Notes: generated from the sequence alone by a model not told the origin. DNA of 64,000 bases from an uncultured archaeon (GCA_964347045.1 CAYFXC010000010.1:21988-85987); one strand, 5' to 3'. Shown: positions 19,011 to 28,305, counted from the first letter of the stretch. Made by a program: numbers and translations.

Positions 19011-20255
19011 CTATGTATTCGATTCATGGACAAGAGGTAACATTAGAGCCGCAATTAGTGTTAGAAGAAGAGCTAGCCCAAACGTGTAACCTGGACCAAG
19101 AAAAACCCACAGGAATCCTGCGATAACACTGGCAGGCAGTGCCGCTATTCCGATAAGCATTTGATAAAGCCCTAAGATGCTTGCGCGTACTTCAGTTGGT
19201 GATAGTTCGGAAACCAGAGATCGGGCCATGGGCACTGTTGCACCAATGCTTACGCCATAGAAAATAAGAGCAAACAAGACTGTCCAGAAATTAGGTGTAA
19301 AAAGGAAGATTGCACACATAGCCCCAAAGAAAATGAACCCAAGGAGCATCGTTTTGCGTCGTCCAATTTGGTCTCCTAGTTTTCCCAAGGGTGCAGATGT
19401 AAAAGCAGCTGCAAGTGTGAATACGAAATATGCGATAGGAACACCTAGTATCGGATTGATAGCCGGAATAAGGAGGAACAAGCCTGCGTAAAGTGTAACG
19501 AGTGACCAACTGAAAGAGGCTAACGCAAAGATTATACTAAGTGTCATGAAAATCGCTAGACTGCGATTAATTCCTCTCAGACGAAAAATTGGTTTTCCCG
19601 CTTCTTTGTGATAATCAGTGATTCTAATGATGATTATTAGAGCTCCAATTAAAGTGGGAATGGCAGCAAATAGGAAAAGTAATCTGAGGCTAGCAAGCAG
19701 ATCAAATCCGAACACGATTGTCAACCAAGGAACCGCAAAAGTGACAAAAGCTAATGTGATGAGGACACCCGCTGTCGCTCCCGTATGGTCAGCTGTTCGA
19801 AGAATCCCGAAGTTCTTACCACGTGTCTCATGAGTGGAAACATCAGCAACTATTGCATCTCGAGGAGCACCACGAACTTTCCCAGCACGATCCAAGATTT
19901 TTGCGGGGATAAGCCATTGCCATATGGGGCTAAACGCATAAATAATTCTTGATGAAGCCCCCATAAAATATCCAGACCAGATGAAAGGCTTACGTTTTTG
20001 GATCTTATCGGATAAAAATCCAGAAAACCCTTTGGAAACATTAACGACAAAATCACCAATACCATCAACTAATCCAAGGATTAAAGGAGCAAGTCCGGGA
20101 GGAGCAAGAAGAGCAACGAAAACAGGCCAAATAGAAAAGACAATATCAGAGCCCATATCATTCAGAAATGATGCTGTTCCAAAGATTTGAACCACATGAC
20201 GTTCATTAGGCAATTGACTAATGAAGTCTTCCCGAGTTTCTTTTTGATCGTTCAA
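19011..20255 (-). CDS. MFS transporter
   Basis: 414 aa with 12 TM-like segments. The MFS loop motif 'GFLSDKIQKRKP' (G-x-L-x-D-[RK]-x-G-R-[RK]-like) is present. Confidence 0.8.
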   Translation of the reverse strand: MNDQKETREDFISQLPNERHVVQIFGTASFLNDMGSDIVFSIWPVFVALLAPPGLAPLILGLVDGIGDFVVNVSKGFSGFLSDKIQKRKPFIWSGYFMGASSRIIYAFSPIWQWLIPAKILDRAGKVRGAPRDAIVADVSTHETRGKNFGILRTADHTGATAGVLITLAFVTFAVPWLTIVFGFDLLASLRLLFLFAAIPTLIGALIIIIRITDYHKEAGKPIFRLRGINRSLAIFMTLSIIFALASFSWSLVTLYAGLFLLIPAINPILGVPIAYFVFTLAAAFTSAPLGKLGDQIGRRKTMLLGFIFFGAMCAIFLFTPNFWTVLFALIFYGVSIGATVPMARSLVSELSPTEVRASILGLYQMLIGIAALPASVIAGFLWVFLGPGYTFGLALLLTLIAALMLPLVHESNT

Positions 20256-20421
20256 TGTTACAGCTCCGGTGAGGAAGAGTATCCAACCATAACTTAAGGG
20301 CTGCTGGCTGGTTCGACGTGAACTCGAAACTTACACGCTGTGCAACTCCCAATAGCGTTTCCTCTGAATAAACGATAATTCGTCGTCCATCAGGTTCAAA
20401 GGTTATTTGTACTTCAGCCAA
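20218..20421 (-). pseudogene. possible remnant of a 2Fe-2S ferredoxin-like (beta-grasp) gene
   Basis: The first ~30 aa 'MAEVQITFEPDGRRIIVYSEETLLGVAQRV' look like a plant-type ferredoxin-domain N-terminus. The Cys cluster region that should follow is absent, and the ORF runs into the MFS gene start. Confidence 0.25.
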
Positions 20422-20569
20422 GATCGTTGCACTCCATCCAAATAATTATTAGGAAGTTAGTATTTTTTTTCCATTACTTGACCATTGAAATTTTAAACAG
20501 TTATGTATATGTTATCATTGTAGAATATAAAGGAAAAAGCACATACAGTAAATAGTCTTTATCCTAGAG

Positions 20570-20824
20570 GTGACATTTGACTTGGCAGAATCTCCACCCC
20601 CTGAAATACCACCACCCTCGACTCCTCCAACACCACCACCGGCTGAACCGAAGCCTGAAGAAAAACCCCTTGCCCCGGATCAGTGTCCCCGTTGCCGAAG
20701 TGATGCAACCACAATTCTCCGAAAAGTGCCCATCGCCTACGGCCATGAAATCACACGAAAATGCGATAAATGCGGCAATATCTGGAAATATACTTCCAAG
20801 TTTGGCGCCGGTGCCTGGCCTTAG
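20570..20824 (+). CDS. small zinc-ribbon protein with a Pro-rich N-terminus
   Basis: 84 aa with a GTG start. The motif 'CPRCRSD...x27...CDKCGN' gives four Cys ligands. The locus is locally GC-rich, so three overlapping frames are open. This frame is chosen because of the Cys motif. Confidence 0.45.
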   Translation: MTFDLAESPPPEIPPPSTPPTPPPAEPKPEEKPLAPDQCPRCRSDATTILRKVPIAYGHEITRKCDKCGNIWKYTSKFGAGAWP

Positions 20825-20944
20825 ATCCATCCTAAATCTTCAAAGGGATTCGCAAGGGAACTATTCAAGATGCTATTACTTGACCTTGAGTGACAAAAAC
20901 GAACAATAAGATCAAAAAGGTTTTTTTAAAAAAAACAATGGAAT

Positions 20945-21172
20945 TTAGGCTTTCTCAAAGCCATAACATGATGATTTGTCTGGGAGTACCAGAAAATTAT
21001 TATTGCCAGTTTTGGCAAATGGATTTACTGCAGTGCACATGCCGCTTTTTCGATCATAGTATTTACATTCGAGACAAATTGACTTAGTACTCATTTCATC
21101 AGGCATGATCCTCATTTTCAAAGGATCAGTTTTGCGTGCTTTGGATTTTTTGCTCATAACACATTTCACCAC
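20945..21172 (-). CDS. small Cys-containing hypothetical protein
   Basis: 75-aa ORF with 'CLECKYYD..GMC....SSC'. The start may be the internal Met ('MRIMPDEM'). I recognised no family. Confidence 0.35.
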   Translation of the reverse strand: MVKCVMSKKSKARKTDPLKMRIMPDEMSTKSICLECKYYDRKSGMCTAVNPFAKTGNNNFLVLPDKSSCYGFEKA

Positions 21173-21337
21173 ATGAATTGTAATTCGAGTAGGGTTGAGA
21201 GTTAGCTAAAACCTTTTCCATCGCTGGACTTTCAAAAAAAGCTACATCCAAATAGAACCCCTTGTTAATGAGCTTAGTGTGGTGGATATGGCATGCGTGA
21301 TCATCAACCATCTAAGTCATTTGAGAAAGAAGTAATA

Positions 21338-21817
21338 ATGGGACTTGTTTCACAAATCGCCCAGCGGATTAGCACTCAGAAGGCAACCTTGATGGTAGCT
21401 GAATCAGCAACCGGGGGGTTAATTCAACACCTTCTAACACAGATACCAGGAAGCTCGGAATTTTATCTAGGCGGTATTGTAGCCTATTCGAATGAACTCA
21501 AACATCGATTATTACAAGTCCCCAAAGCTACTATCAATAAGTATGGGGCTGTCAGTTCTGAAACAGTAGCAGCCATGGCCAACGGAGTGAGGTTATGGAC
21601 AAAATCGGATTATGGACTTGCCGCTTCGGGAATAGCTGGTCCAACTGGAGGTACTTCAATAAAACCTGTTGGACTGGTGTTTGTGGCTGTTTCCCACCAT
21701 TCCTTTGAAACGATAACCCAACAACATAATTTCAGGGGAGACCGACAAAGCAACAAATTAAATTTTAGTCGAGTAGCTCTCCAACTATTACTAGAGAGCA
21801 TCAGACATGAAGAATAG
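21338..21817 (+). CDS. CinA C-terminal-domain protein / nicotinamide-nucleotide amidohydrolase (PncC-like)
   Basis: 'VAESATGGL', 'GGIVAYSNE.K' and 'ASGIAGPTGG' are present. The start is taken as the Met of 'MGLVSQ', although the ORF is open from 21293. Confidence 0.85.
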   Translation: MGLVSQIAQRISTQKATLMVAESATGGLIQHLLTQIPGSSEFYLGGIVAYSNELKHRLLQVPKATINKYGAVSSETVAAMANGVRLWTKSDYGLAASGIAGPTGGTSIKPVGLVFVAVSHHSFETITQQHNFRGDRQSNKLNFSRVALQLLLESIRHEE

Positions 21818-22789
21818 ATGCTTCCTAATCGTAATGACGGAAATCTCTTAAGGTGCTTCATATCAAGACACTTGAAAGTGATGGCGCCTCCCTCTAGTTA
21901 TCCCTATCATCTTGAGTCTCCAGTATTTCGCCCACCCAGTGAAGCTAATAGCTTGATTTTACAAGCCACACTCGGCTGCTCTCATAATGCCTGCACATTT
22001 TGTGGAAGCTACAAGACGAAGCAATTCAAAGTCAAACCGTTCGCCCAATTTAATAATGAAGTAGTACACCTTTCCCGAGATTATGAAATCAAACCGCAAA
22101 GAATTTTCCTTGCAGATGGAGATGCTCTCGTCCTTTCTACCCCTCAATTACTACAAATTCTAAACTTGCTAATTACAGAATTTCCCGATGTTAAACGAAT
22201 TAGTATCTATGCCAGTGGGACTAACGTTCAACAAAAATCCGATGAGGAACTTGCTCAAATTCGAAAAGCAGGCCTTGAGTTGATCTATATCGGCCTGGAA
22301 TCGGGTGACGATGAGGTCCTACAAAAGATCAACAAAGGAATTACAAACAAAGAACATATTATTGCCTGTCGACGGTTATCTCAGGCGGGATTCACTTTGT
22401 CCCCAATTATCATTTTGGGGCTAGGTGGTAGAACCCTTAGCCACCAACATGCATTACAAACAGCAGCAACTATCAATGCTATCGATCCACCTTATTTGGC
22501 AGCATTGACACTTATGCTCGTGCCAGGAACAGAGCTTTATGCTCAAGCGAAACAAGGAAAATTTGAACCTCTTAATCCACTTGAAATCCTTCAAGAACTT
22601 CGGACCCTAATTAATCAACTAACAGACCTATCAAAGTGCGTGTTTAGAACCAATCATGCCTCGAATTATCTTGCTCTCCGAGGTGTACTATCACGTGACC
22701 GAAAAAAGCTTTTAGACATAATAGATTCTGTGCTCTCAGATCCTGATGTCACGAGTCGGTTACGTCCTGAATATATTAGAGGTTTGTAG
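21818..22789 (+). CDS. radical SAM domain protein
   Basis: The cluster motif 'GCSHNACTFCGSY' has CX4CX2C spacing. 'FLADGDALVL' and 'IYIGLESGDDEVLQKINKG' are also present. An alternative start is Met 21881. Confidence 0.8.
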   Translation: MLPNRNDGNLLRCFISRHLKVMAPPSSYPYHLESPVFRPPSEANSLILQATLGCSHNACTFCGSYKTKQFKVKPFAQFNNEVVHLSRDYEIKPQRIFLADGDALVLSTPQLLQILNLLITEFPDVKRISIYASGTNVQQKSDEELAQIRKAGLELIYIGLESGDDEVLQKINKGITNKEHIIACRRLSQAGFTLSPIIILGLGGRTLSHQHALQTAATINAIDPPYLAALTLMLVPGTELYAQAKQGKFEPLNPLEILQELRTLINQLTDLSKCVFRTNHASNYLALRGVLSRDRKKLLDIIDSVLSDPDVTSRLRPEYIRGL

Positions 22790-22849
22790 GAAAGGTTTAA
22801 CTCAAGGAATAGAAAGCCTAGCGTAAACAGTATTTGGAGTCTGATTCGG

Positions 22850-23029
22850 ATGAGTCTCGATCCAGAAGATTACGACCCCCTTGATCGACTTGGTCCTCGC
22901 CCCACTCAACCAAAAGAAGTACCACGAAAAATTGACGCTGATATCGTTGCATTACTCCGTCAAATCATTGTTCGTGTTGAACAATTAGAGAAAGATATGC
23001 GTCGAGTCAAAGAAATCCTAAAAATCTAA
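22850..23029 (+). CDS. possible 59-aa small protein with a predicted C-terminal helix
   Basis: I translated it by hand: MSLDPEDYDPLDRLGPRPTQPKEVPRKIDADIVALLRQIIVRVEQLEKDMRRVKEILKI. It falls below the ORF-track cutoff. There is no homology support. Confidence 0.3.
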   Translation: MSLDPEDYDPLDRLGPRPTQPKEVPRKIDADIVALLRQIIVRVEQLEKDMRRVKEILKI

Positions 23030-23035
23030 GTAAGT

Positions 23036-25057
23036 TTAGACAGCCTGTGACCTTCGTCGCCAGAAGATAATAAGAATAATTGATGCTACTACAACTATTC
23101 CAACACCACTGACAATTAAAAAGAGAATCGGAAAAGTGGGACTTATGGTAAGCAAAATAGTATCGGTTTCATATTGGCACAGAAGAAGCCGAGATGGGTC
23201 AAGAAAGAGTCTCAGAGGCATGTCAGCAGTTTCAACCTCAACCGTGAGTGTTGATGCTTCCAGTGGTTGATTTGACCACAATTCAATAAAATCACCTGAC
23301 ACGGTTTCAATGGATATCGGGATATAAAGTGTTACAAGTGAAGATTGAAGTTGATGAATTTGGAAGGTTGTCGTCCAGCCGGTTCCACTAGGTTGCGTTG
23401 AAGCTGCTCCCAAACTGAGTGTTACAACACCGCTTCCATATACCCAGGAATCAAAGAACCAATCCAGTGATTCCCCCACAATGTTTTCAAAGAATTGTTG
23501 TAGTGTTCGGGTTCGAATATTTTGATGTTTGGCTTGCGAGTAGATATATTGCCATGCTTGATAGAAGGTTTCATTTCCAATTTGGTGACGGAGAAGATCA
23601 TAGACTAAGGCACTTTTTGCATAGACAATACGCCCGTAGGAAAACCAATCTGTGGTTTGCCAATAAGCCATTGATTGATTAACGATTTTGTCCCCTTCTA
23701 CGCTGACGTATTCCCAATAGCGCTCCAAATCACCTAGACGATAATCAGCGCGTGCTGTCAATCCATAGACATGTTCGACCCAAACATATTCACAATACGA
23801 TGCAAATCCTTCGTCGAGCCAAGGTTCAGTAAAGCTATCTGTCCCCAGAATGAAAGGTATCCATTCATGTCCAATTTCGTGAGCTGTTACTGAAGCGAGA
23901 TATGACAAACCAGAAGGATTGTCATAGAGACTTCTCCCAATCATAACTAATTGTGGATATTCCATTCCACCTGACCAAAAATCAACTTCTACTATGGCAA
24001 GGTTGTTCCAAGGGTAGAGTCCAAATAAACGTCCAAAGATTTCCAGACATTCCTCAGCGACTTCAAGTACTCGCAGTCCTCCCTCAGCATGTTGTGGTGC
24101 ATGGTAACTTGTGACATTCACACCATTTGTAACAACACTTTCCGATTCATAGTGTGGACTCGCACACCAAGTGAAATCATTCACTGGTCCCGTTGTAAAA
24201 TTCCATGTTCGAGTGGAGATGCCAGAGGTTATTGTCAGAAGTTGTCCTGTTGCAGCAATAATGAAATCATCGGGGACCGTTATCGAAACATCATAGATGG
24301 CAACGTCGCTGTAGAAACTCTCTCCCATGTAAGAGTAAGTGTTCGTATCCCAACCTCGCTCATCATAAACAGCAACAACAGGATGCCAATTGCCCATATT
24401 ATAGGCCACAAAGTTGTAAGGTTCAGTACGATTGGTCCACCCAAATCGGTCAAATTGATTAGGGACCGTGATTTCCCAAACAATCGATAATGTCACATTG
24501 GCACCAGGACTTAATGCACCCGGACCTGCACCACCGACAAGATCCACTTTCATGATGGTTAGATTAGAGCCCATAATGATATAATTAAGTGAATTACTAT
24601 CATGGATAACATCGGTTACATCAATCCAGCCATTAGGCCGGAATGCATTCGGATATAGATGAAAATATAATTCCGTTAGAATATCTTCTGCATGGTTCAC
24701 ATAGGTGATTGTCGATATTCCTGTTACGACGTGACTTGAATCGATGAGCAAAGCACTAATCGAATAGTTTGTAATAGGTGACGGAGCACCCATAGGAGCG
24801 CGATAGTCCAAAGTTGTTGCTTGAACCTCATCATTTCTATTAATCAAGGGGGTTTGCTTTACACCAAGTTGAAGATCATAAGATTTTCCAAGGAAGGTAG
24901 CGGGAGTAATGATAGGTACCATTGCTGGAAAAATAAGAGAAGCAACGATTGCATACACAAGAATAAGCTCGAAAGCATCACGAAGTCGCATCTTTAGAGC
25001 AACCAACTTTTGTGAGCACTTGTAGAATAAAAGGGAAAAAGTATTCGAAGGGTGCAA
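23036..25057 (-). CDS. M1-family (gluzincin) metallopeptidase, membrane-anchored at both ends
   Basis: The motif 'VTAHEIGHEWIPF...x18...WLDEGFASY' is HExxH plus E. There is an N-terminal TM helix, and a C-terminal TM helix 'FPILFLIVSGVGIVVVASIILIIFW'. The likely start is Met 24991. Confidence 0.88.
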   Translation of the reverse strand: MHPSNTFSLLFYKCSQKLVALKMRLRDAFELILVYAIVASLIFPAMVPIITPATFLGKSYDLQLGVKQTPLINRNDEVQATTLDYRAPMGAPSPITNYSISALLIDSSHVVTGISTITYVNHAEDILTELYFHLYPNAFRPNGWIDVTDVIHDSNSLNYIIMGSNLTIMKVDLVGGAGPGALSPGANVTLSIVWEITVPNQFDRFGWTNRTEPYNFVAYNMGNWHPVVAVYDERGWDTNTYSYMGESFYSDVAIYDVSITVPDDFIIAATGQLLTITSGISTRTWNFTTGPVNDFTWCASPHYESESVVTNGVNVTSYHAPQHAEGGLRVLEVAEECLEIFGRLFGLYPWNNLAIVEVDFWSGGMEYPQLVMIGRSLYDNPSGLSYLASVTAHEIGHEWIPFILGTDSFTEPWLDEGFASYCEYVWVEHVYGLTARADYRLGDLERYWEYVSVEGDKIVNQSMAYWQTTDWFSYGRIVYAKSALVYDLLRHQIGNETFYQAWQYIYSQAKHQNIRTRTLQQFFENIVGESLDWFFDSWVYGSGVVTLSLGAASTQPSGTGWTTTFQIHQLQSSLVTLYIPISIETVSGDFIELWSNQPLEASTLTVEVETADMPLRLFLDPSRLLLCQYETDTILLTISPTFPILFLIVSGVGIVVVASIILIIFWRRRSQAV

Positions 25058-25123
25058 ATGCCCCCTTCATGGGAGTAAAAAACTTCTGATACAAGAATCA
25101 AAAAGTCTTCCTTCAGTGGAAGA

Positions 25124-25273
25124 TTAAGCTTCTTCAGGAACATCTGGGAATTCGTAGCCACAACTTGGGCAAGCAATTGAACCACAGGCTTTAGCCATCA
25201 TACAGCCTGCACAACCTGTTGCTTGTGCTTTTTCGAATGTCTGGCCACACATGGGGCATCGGTAATTTGTCAT
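25124..25273 (-). CDS. unannotated 49-aa Cys-rich (7 Cys, three CxxC) small protein downstream of feoB
   Basis: I translated it by hand: MTNYRCPMCGQTFEKAQATGCAGCMMAKACGSIACPSCGYEFPDVPEEA. A GGAGG lies 9 nt upstream of the ATG. It is on the same strand as feoB and starts 63 nt after the feoB stop. Confidence 0.6.
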   Translation of the reverse strand: MTNYRCPMCGQTFEKAQATGCAGCMMAKACGSIACPSCGYEFPDVPEEA

Positions 25274-25336
25274 GTTTTTGTTCCTCCAACGCATATTTCA
25301 AATTATGAAATCTACCCAATAATCACCTTTTGAAGC

Positions 25337-27535
25337 TTATGGAAATCCCAGTCCGATGAGTATCCAGTTTGCCATACCACCGAAAAGAATGGCAAGGGAG
25401 ATGGTTGTAAAGGCAAGCATGATTGTATATCTCCAGCGGTATTCACGCGCAAGAACTGCAATTGTTGCAATACATGGAATATAGATCGTAGTCACAAGAG
25501 CGAAGACAAATAGTTGACGTGCTGTCATAAAAGCATTCAGAGGACCATTTGCGAGGATGATTAAGAGTTCGACAGTGAGTTCTTTTCGAAGAATCCCGTA
25601 GATTAAGGCTGCGGCAGTTTCTGGAGGTAGACCAAGCCACCCGACAATGAGGGGGGCAGTCATGAGGCTAAACATGTGTAGATAGGAGAATTGCGGAGTA
25701 GGAAAATTTAGTAGAAGTCCCAGAATTGCACCACCTATGATGATGAGGGGGAGTGCTATGAATACAAACTCACGGAAGCGCATCCATGTTTTTTTCATTG
25801 TAGGCTTAAATCGGGGTGCACGAAGTGGAGGTATTTCCATTACGAGTCCATGAGATGCACCAGGAAGAGTATGCTGAAGAAGTGCTCCTAATCCTATGAT
25901 AATTGCAAGGACGATACCAAGAATAATGAAGGCAAAAAAGATTGAGCCGAATAAACCTACAGTTCCAAGAATAACAGCAAGTTGAGCCGAACAAGGAACG
26001 AGAACTACAAGCAATCCAGCAATGATTCTTTCTCTACGAGTATTGAGAATTCGTGTACTGAGAACAGCAGGTACGTTACAGCCCATTCCGGTGAGTAAGG
26101 GAATAATTGCCCGTCCATGCAGCCCAAGGCGATGCATGAAGGCATCAAGTAAAAATGCAATTCGAGCCATATAGCCTGTGTCTTCGAGAATGGAGAGGAT
26201 AATGTAGAAGGTGGCAACGAACGGAACAGCTATGAACAGCCACGCTTGGATTCCGAGTACAAGTCCAAAATAGAGAATGATTTGGATAATTGGCGATGGA
26301 ATGAAAGCTACAATGAGGTATTGAGCTGTAGGGTTGATGAAGGTTTCCCAGAATTCACCTAAAGTTGCTTCAAAAATAGCTCCTACACCGAACATAAGTA
26401 GGATGGATCCAATGAGAATTAGCATTGCAATAGGGAGTCCAATCATTCGATGAGTAAGTATAGTTGAAATTTGCTCAGTTAGGGGAACTCGTTCTCCTTT
26501 CCCTTTTTGGACTTGTTCAGTAATGTATATTGTATATTGATGCCGTTTTTCTCCAAGTACCAAAACGATATCTGCATCAAATTCTCTTTCGATTTCTTGC
26601 CGAGTTGCATCAACAAGTTTCATCGCTTTTTCTGATTCTAGTTCTTCCTCGACATAATCCCCACATTCAGCATATTCTTCAAGAAGTTGTAGAGAGAAAA
26701 TTCGTAATGGCAAGCTAGCTAGTCGTATCTGCATTTGACTAAGTTGTTGTTCTAACTTCCGGAGTTTAGCTTCAATACCATCTGGGAATAGTAATCGCCG
26801 TGGGTGTTGACGAGATTTTTCAACAGAACCGGCTTTTGCAGCAGTACTTAGTAGCAGTTTCAGATTTTTTCCCTGAATTGCCACAGTAGGAATAACAGGA
26901 ACTCCCAACAAGGTTTCAAGTTTTCTTTCATCAATTTCAATACCCATTCGTCGGGCAAGATCCACTTGGTTTAAACAAACTACAAGCGGGATATTAAATT
27001 CTAATAATGCAGTGGTAAGAAGAAGGTTTCGAGCGAGGTTGGTAGCGTCGACAACGTTGACGATAACATCAGGAGTGTCTTGTTGCAGGTACCTGAGGGT
27101 GACTTTTTCATCTTTAGTTGCTGGACTAATGATAGTATAGGAGCCTGGTAAATCCACAATATCAAGACTTATCACTTCTGATTCTGCTTTAAAATCGTTT
27201 TTTGTCCATCTACGAAATCGGCGACCAAATCTCTGTCTTCTCCTCCCGCGCTGAGGCGGGTCAGCTTCTTCAGTATTAGATGATGTTTCCCATTCCCTAG
27301 TTTCAGTAAGTCCCTTAGGCGAATAAATATCGTGATGGGCAAGATAGACTTTGCCTTGAAGAATTTTTACGGTTGTACCGGGATAATTCGAAACAATGGC
27401 ACCAAGACCAGTCCAATAATTGAAAATAACGCTTTTCCCAACATTTGGTTGACCAACTAAGCCTATTCGTATATGATCCTTTTTCTGATGTCGAATTAGT
27501 TGTCGTTGTTTTCCCTTTCGGGAAACCTTCACCAT
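25337..27535 (-). CDS. feoB: ferrous iron transporter FeoB (G-domain plus membrane permease)
   Basis: G1 'GQPNVGKS', G2 'PGTTV', G3 'DLPGSY' and G4 'NQVD' are present, with a polytopic C-terminal domain. It carries an Arg-rich insertion between G2 and G3. Confidence 0.92.
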   Translation of the reverse strand: MVKVSRKGKQRQLIRHQKKDHIRIGLVGQPNVGKSVIFNYWTGLGAIVSNYPGTTVKILQGKVYLAHHDIYSPKGLTETREWETSSNTEEADPPQRGRRRQRFGRRFRRWTKNDFKAESEVISLDIVDLPGSYTIISPATKDEKVTLRYLQQDTPDVIVNVVDATNLARNLLLTTALLEFNIPLVVCLNQVDLARRMGIEIDERKLETLLGVPVIPTVAIQGKNLKLLLSTAAKAGSVEKSRQHPRRLLFPDGIEAKLRKLEQQLSQMQIRLASLPLRIFSLQLLEEYAECGDYVEEELESEKAMKLVDATRQEIEREFDADIVLVLGEKRHQYTIYITEQVQKGKGERVPLTEQISTILTHRMIGLPIAMLILIGSILLMFGVGAIFEATLGEFWETFINPTAQYLIVAFIPSPIIQIILYFGLVLGIQAWLFIAVPFVATFYIILSILEDTGYMARIAFLLDAFMHRLGLHGRAIIPLLTGMGCNVPAVLSTRILNTRRERIIAGLLVVLVPCSAQLAVILGTVGLFGSIFFAFIILGIVLAIIIGLGALLQHTLPGASHGLVMEIPPLRAPRFKPTMKKTWMRFREFVFIALPLIIIGGAILGLLLNFPTPQFSYLHMFSLMTAPLIVGWLGLPPETAAALIYGILRKELTVELLIILANGPLNAFMTARQLFVFALVTTIYIPCIATIAVLAREYRWRYTIMLAFTTISLAILFGGMANWILIGLGFP

Positions 27536-27554
27536 TCACCCGCTCCGAAAGAGT

Positions 27555-28298
27555 CTATTTAGAAAGATTACGATGGACTCGTATTCGTTTCGCAAGGGTA
27601 GAGCTTAAGGCAAAATGGGCAGTTCCTACTTCAATAAGGAGGGTGTCTCCAATTGGGGAAATTTGGATAACACGGACAGTTTCACCAGGAAGTATACCCA
27701 TTGAAGAAAGCATTCTTAGTATATCGATATTCTCATCGCTGATACAATCGATGATTGCTGTTTCGCCTTGTTCTAGGGCAGCCAAATTTAATTTTGATCG
27801 AGAAGATACAGTTCCATCCGAGTCTGGAATGGGATTGCCATGTGGGCACCTAGCAGGGCCTTCGAGCTTTTCGAGAACTTTGTTACAGAGTTCTGGAGTG
27901 AGCATGTGCTCCCATTCACAAGCAACTTCGTGAGCTTCCTCCCAGCTAACTCCTAAAAGGTCAACAAGAAGTCGTTCTGCAACTCGATGACGACGCAGGA
28001 CATCGAGTGCAAGTTTCCGACCCTTCGCGGTTAAGCGCACTCCTTTATTTTTCTCATATTTCAAATAGGATTTCTCAGCCAGCTTTTGCACCATTTGTGT
28101 CACACTTGCCGGTTTAACATTCAAAGCTTCGGCAAGCTCACCAGTTTTGGCATATTTTTCATCGTGTTGAAGAAGCCGAAAGATTGCTTCAAGATACTCC
28201 TCAATATTCGCACTTGGAATATCGTATTTGCTGGTTATAGGTGAAGAATTGGGATCTTCTTTTTTAGCTTCTAGTTGGTTTTGAGGATCAGGAGTCAT
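27555..28298 (-). CDS. DtxR/MntR-family metal-dependent transcriptional regulator with a C-terminal FeoA (SH3-like) domain
   Basis: The wHTH is 'TGELAEALNVKPASVTQMVQKLAEKSY'. The dimerisation/metal region is 'RHRVAERLL...HE..C..EH'. The FeoA-like tail is 'GETAIIDCI...LPGETVRVIQISPIGDTLLIEV'. Confidence 0.9.
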   Translation of the reverse strand: MTPDPQNQLEAKKEDPNSSPITSKYDIPSANIEEYLEAIFRLLQHDEKYAKTGELAEALNVKPASVTQMVQKLAEKSYLKYEKNKGVRLTAKGRKLALDVLRRHRVAERLLVDLLGVSWEEAHEVACEWEHMLTPELCNKVLEKLEGPARCPHGNPIPDSDGTVSSRSKLNLAALEQGETAIIDCISDENIDILRMLSSMGILPGETVRVIQISPIGDTLLIEVGTAHFALSSTLAKRIRVHRNLSK

Positions 28299-28305
28299 AT
28301 CACAA

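Noticed and set aside
27535-27555. Looked for a separate feoA gene between dtxR and feoB
   Set aside because: Only 19 nt separate the two genes. The FeoA-like SH3 domain is instead the C-terminal domain of the DtxR-family regulator.
27445-27933. 162-aa plus-strand ORF spanning the feoB/dtxR junction
   Set aside because: It is antisense to two well-supported genes and has no motifs.
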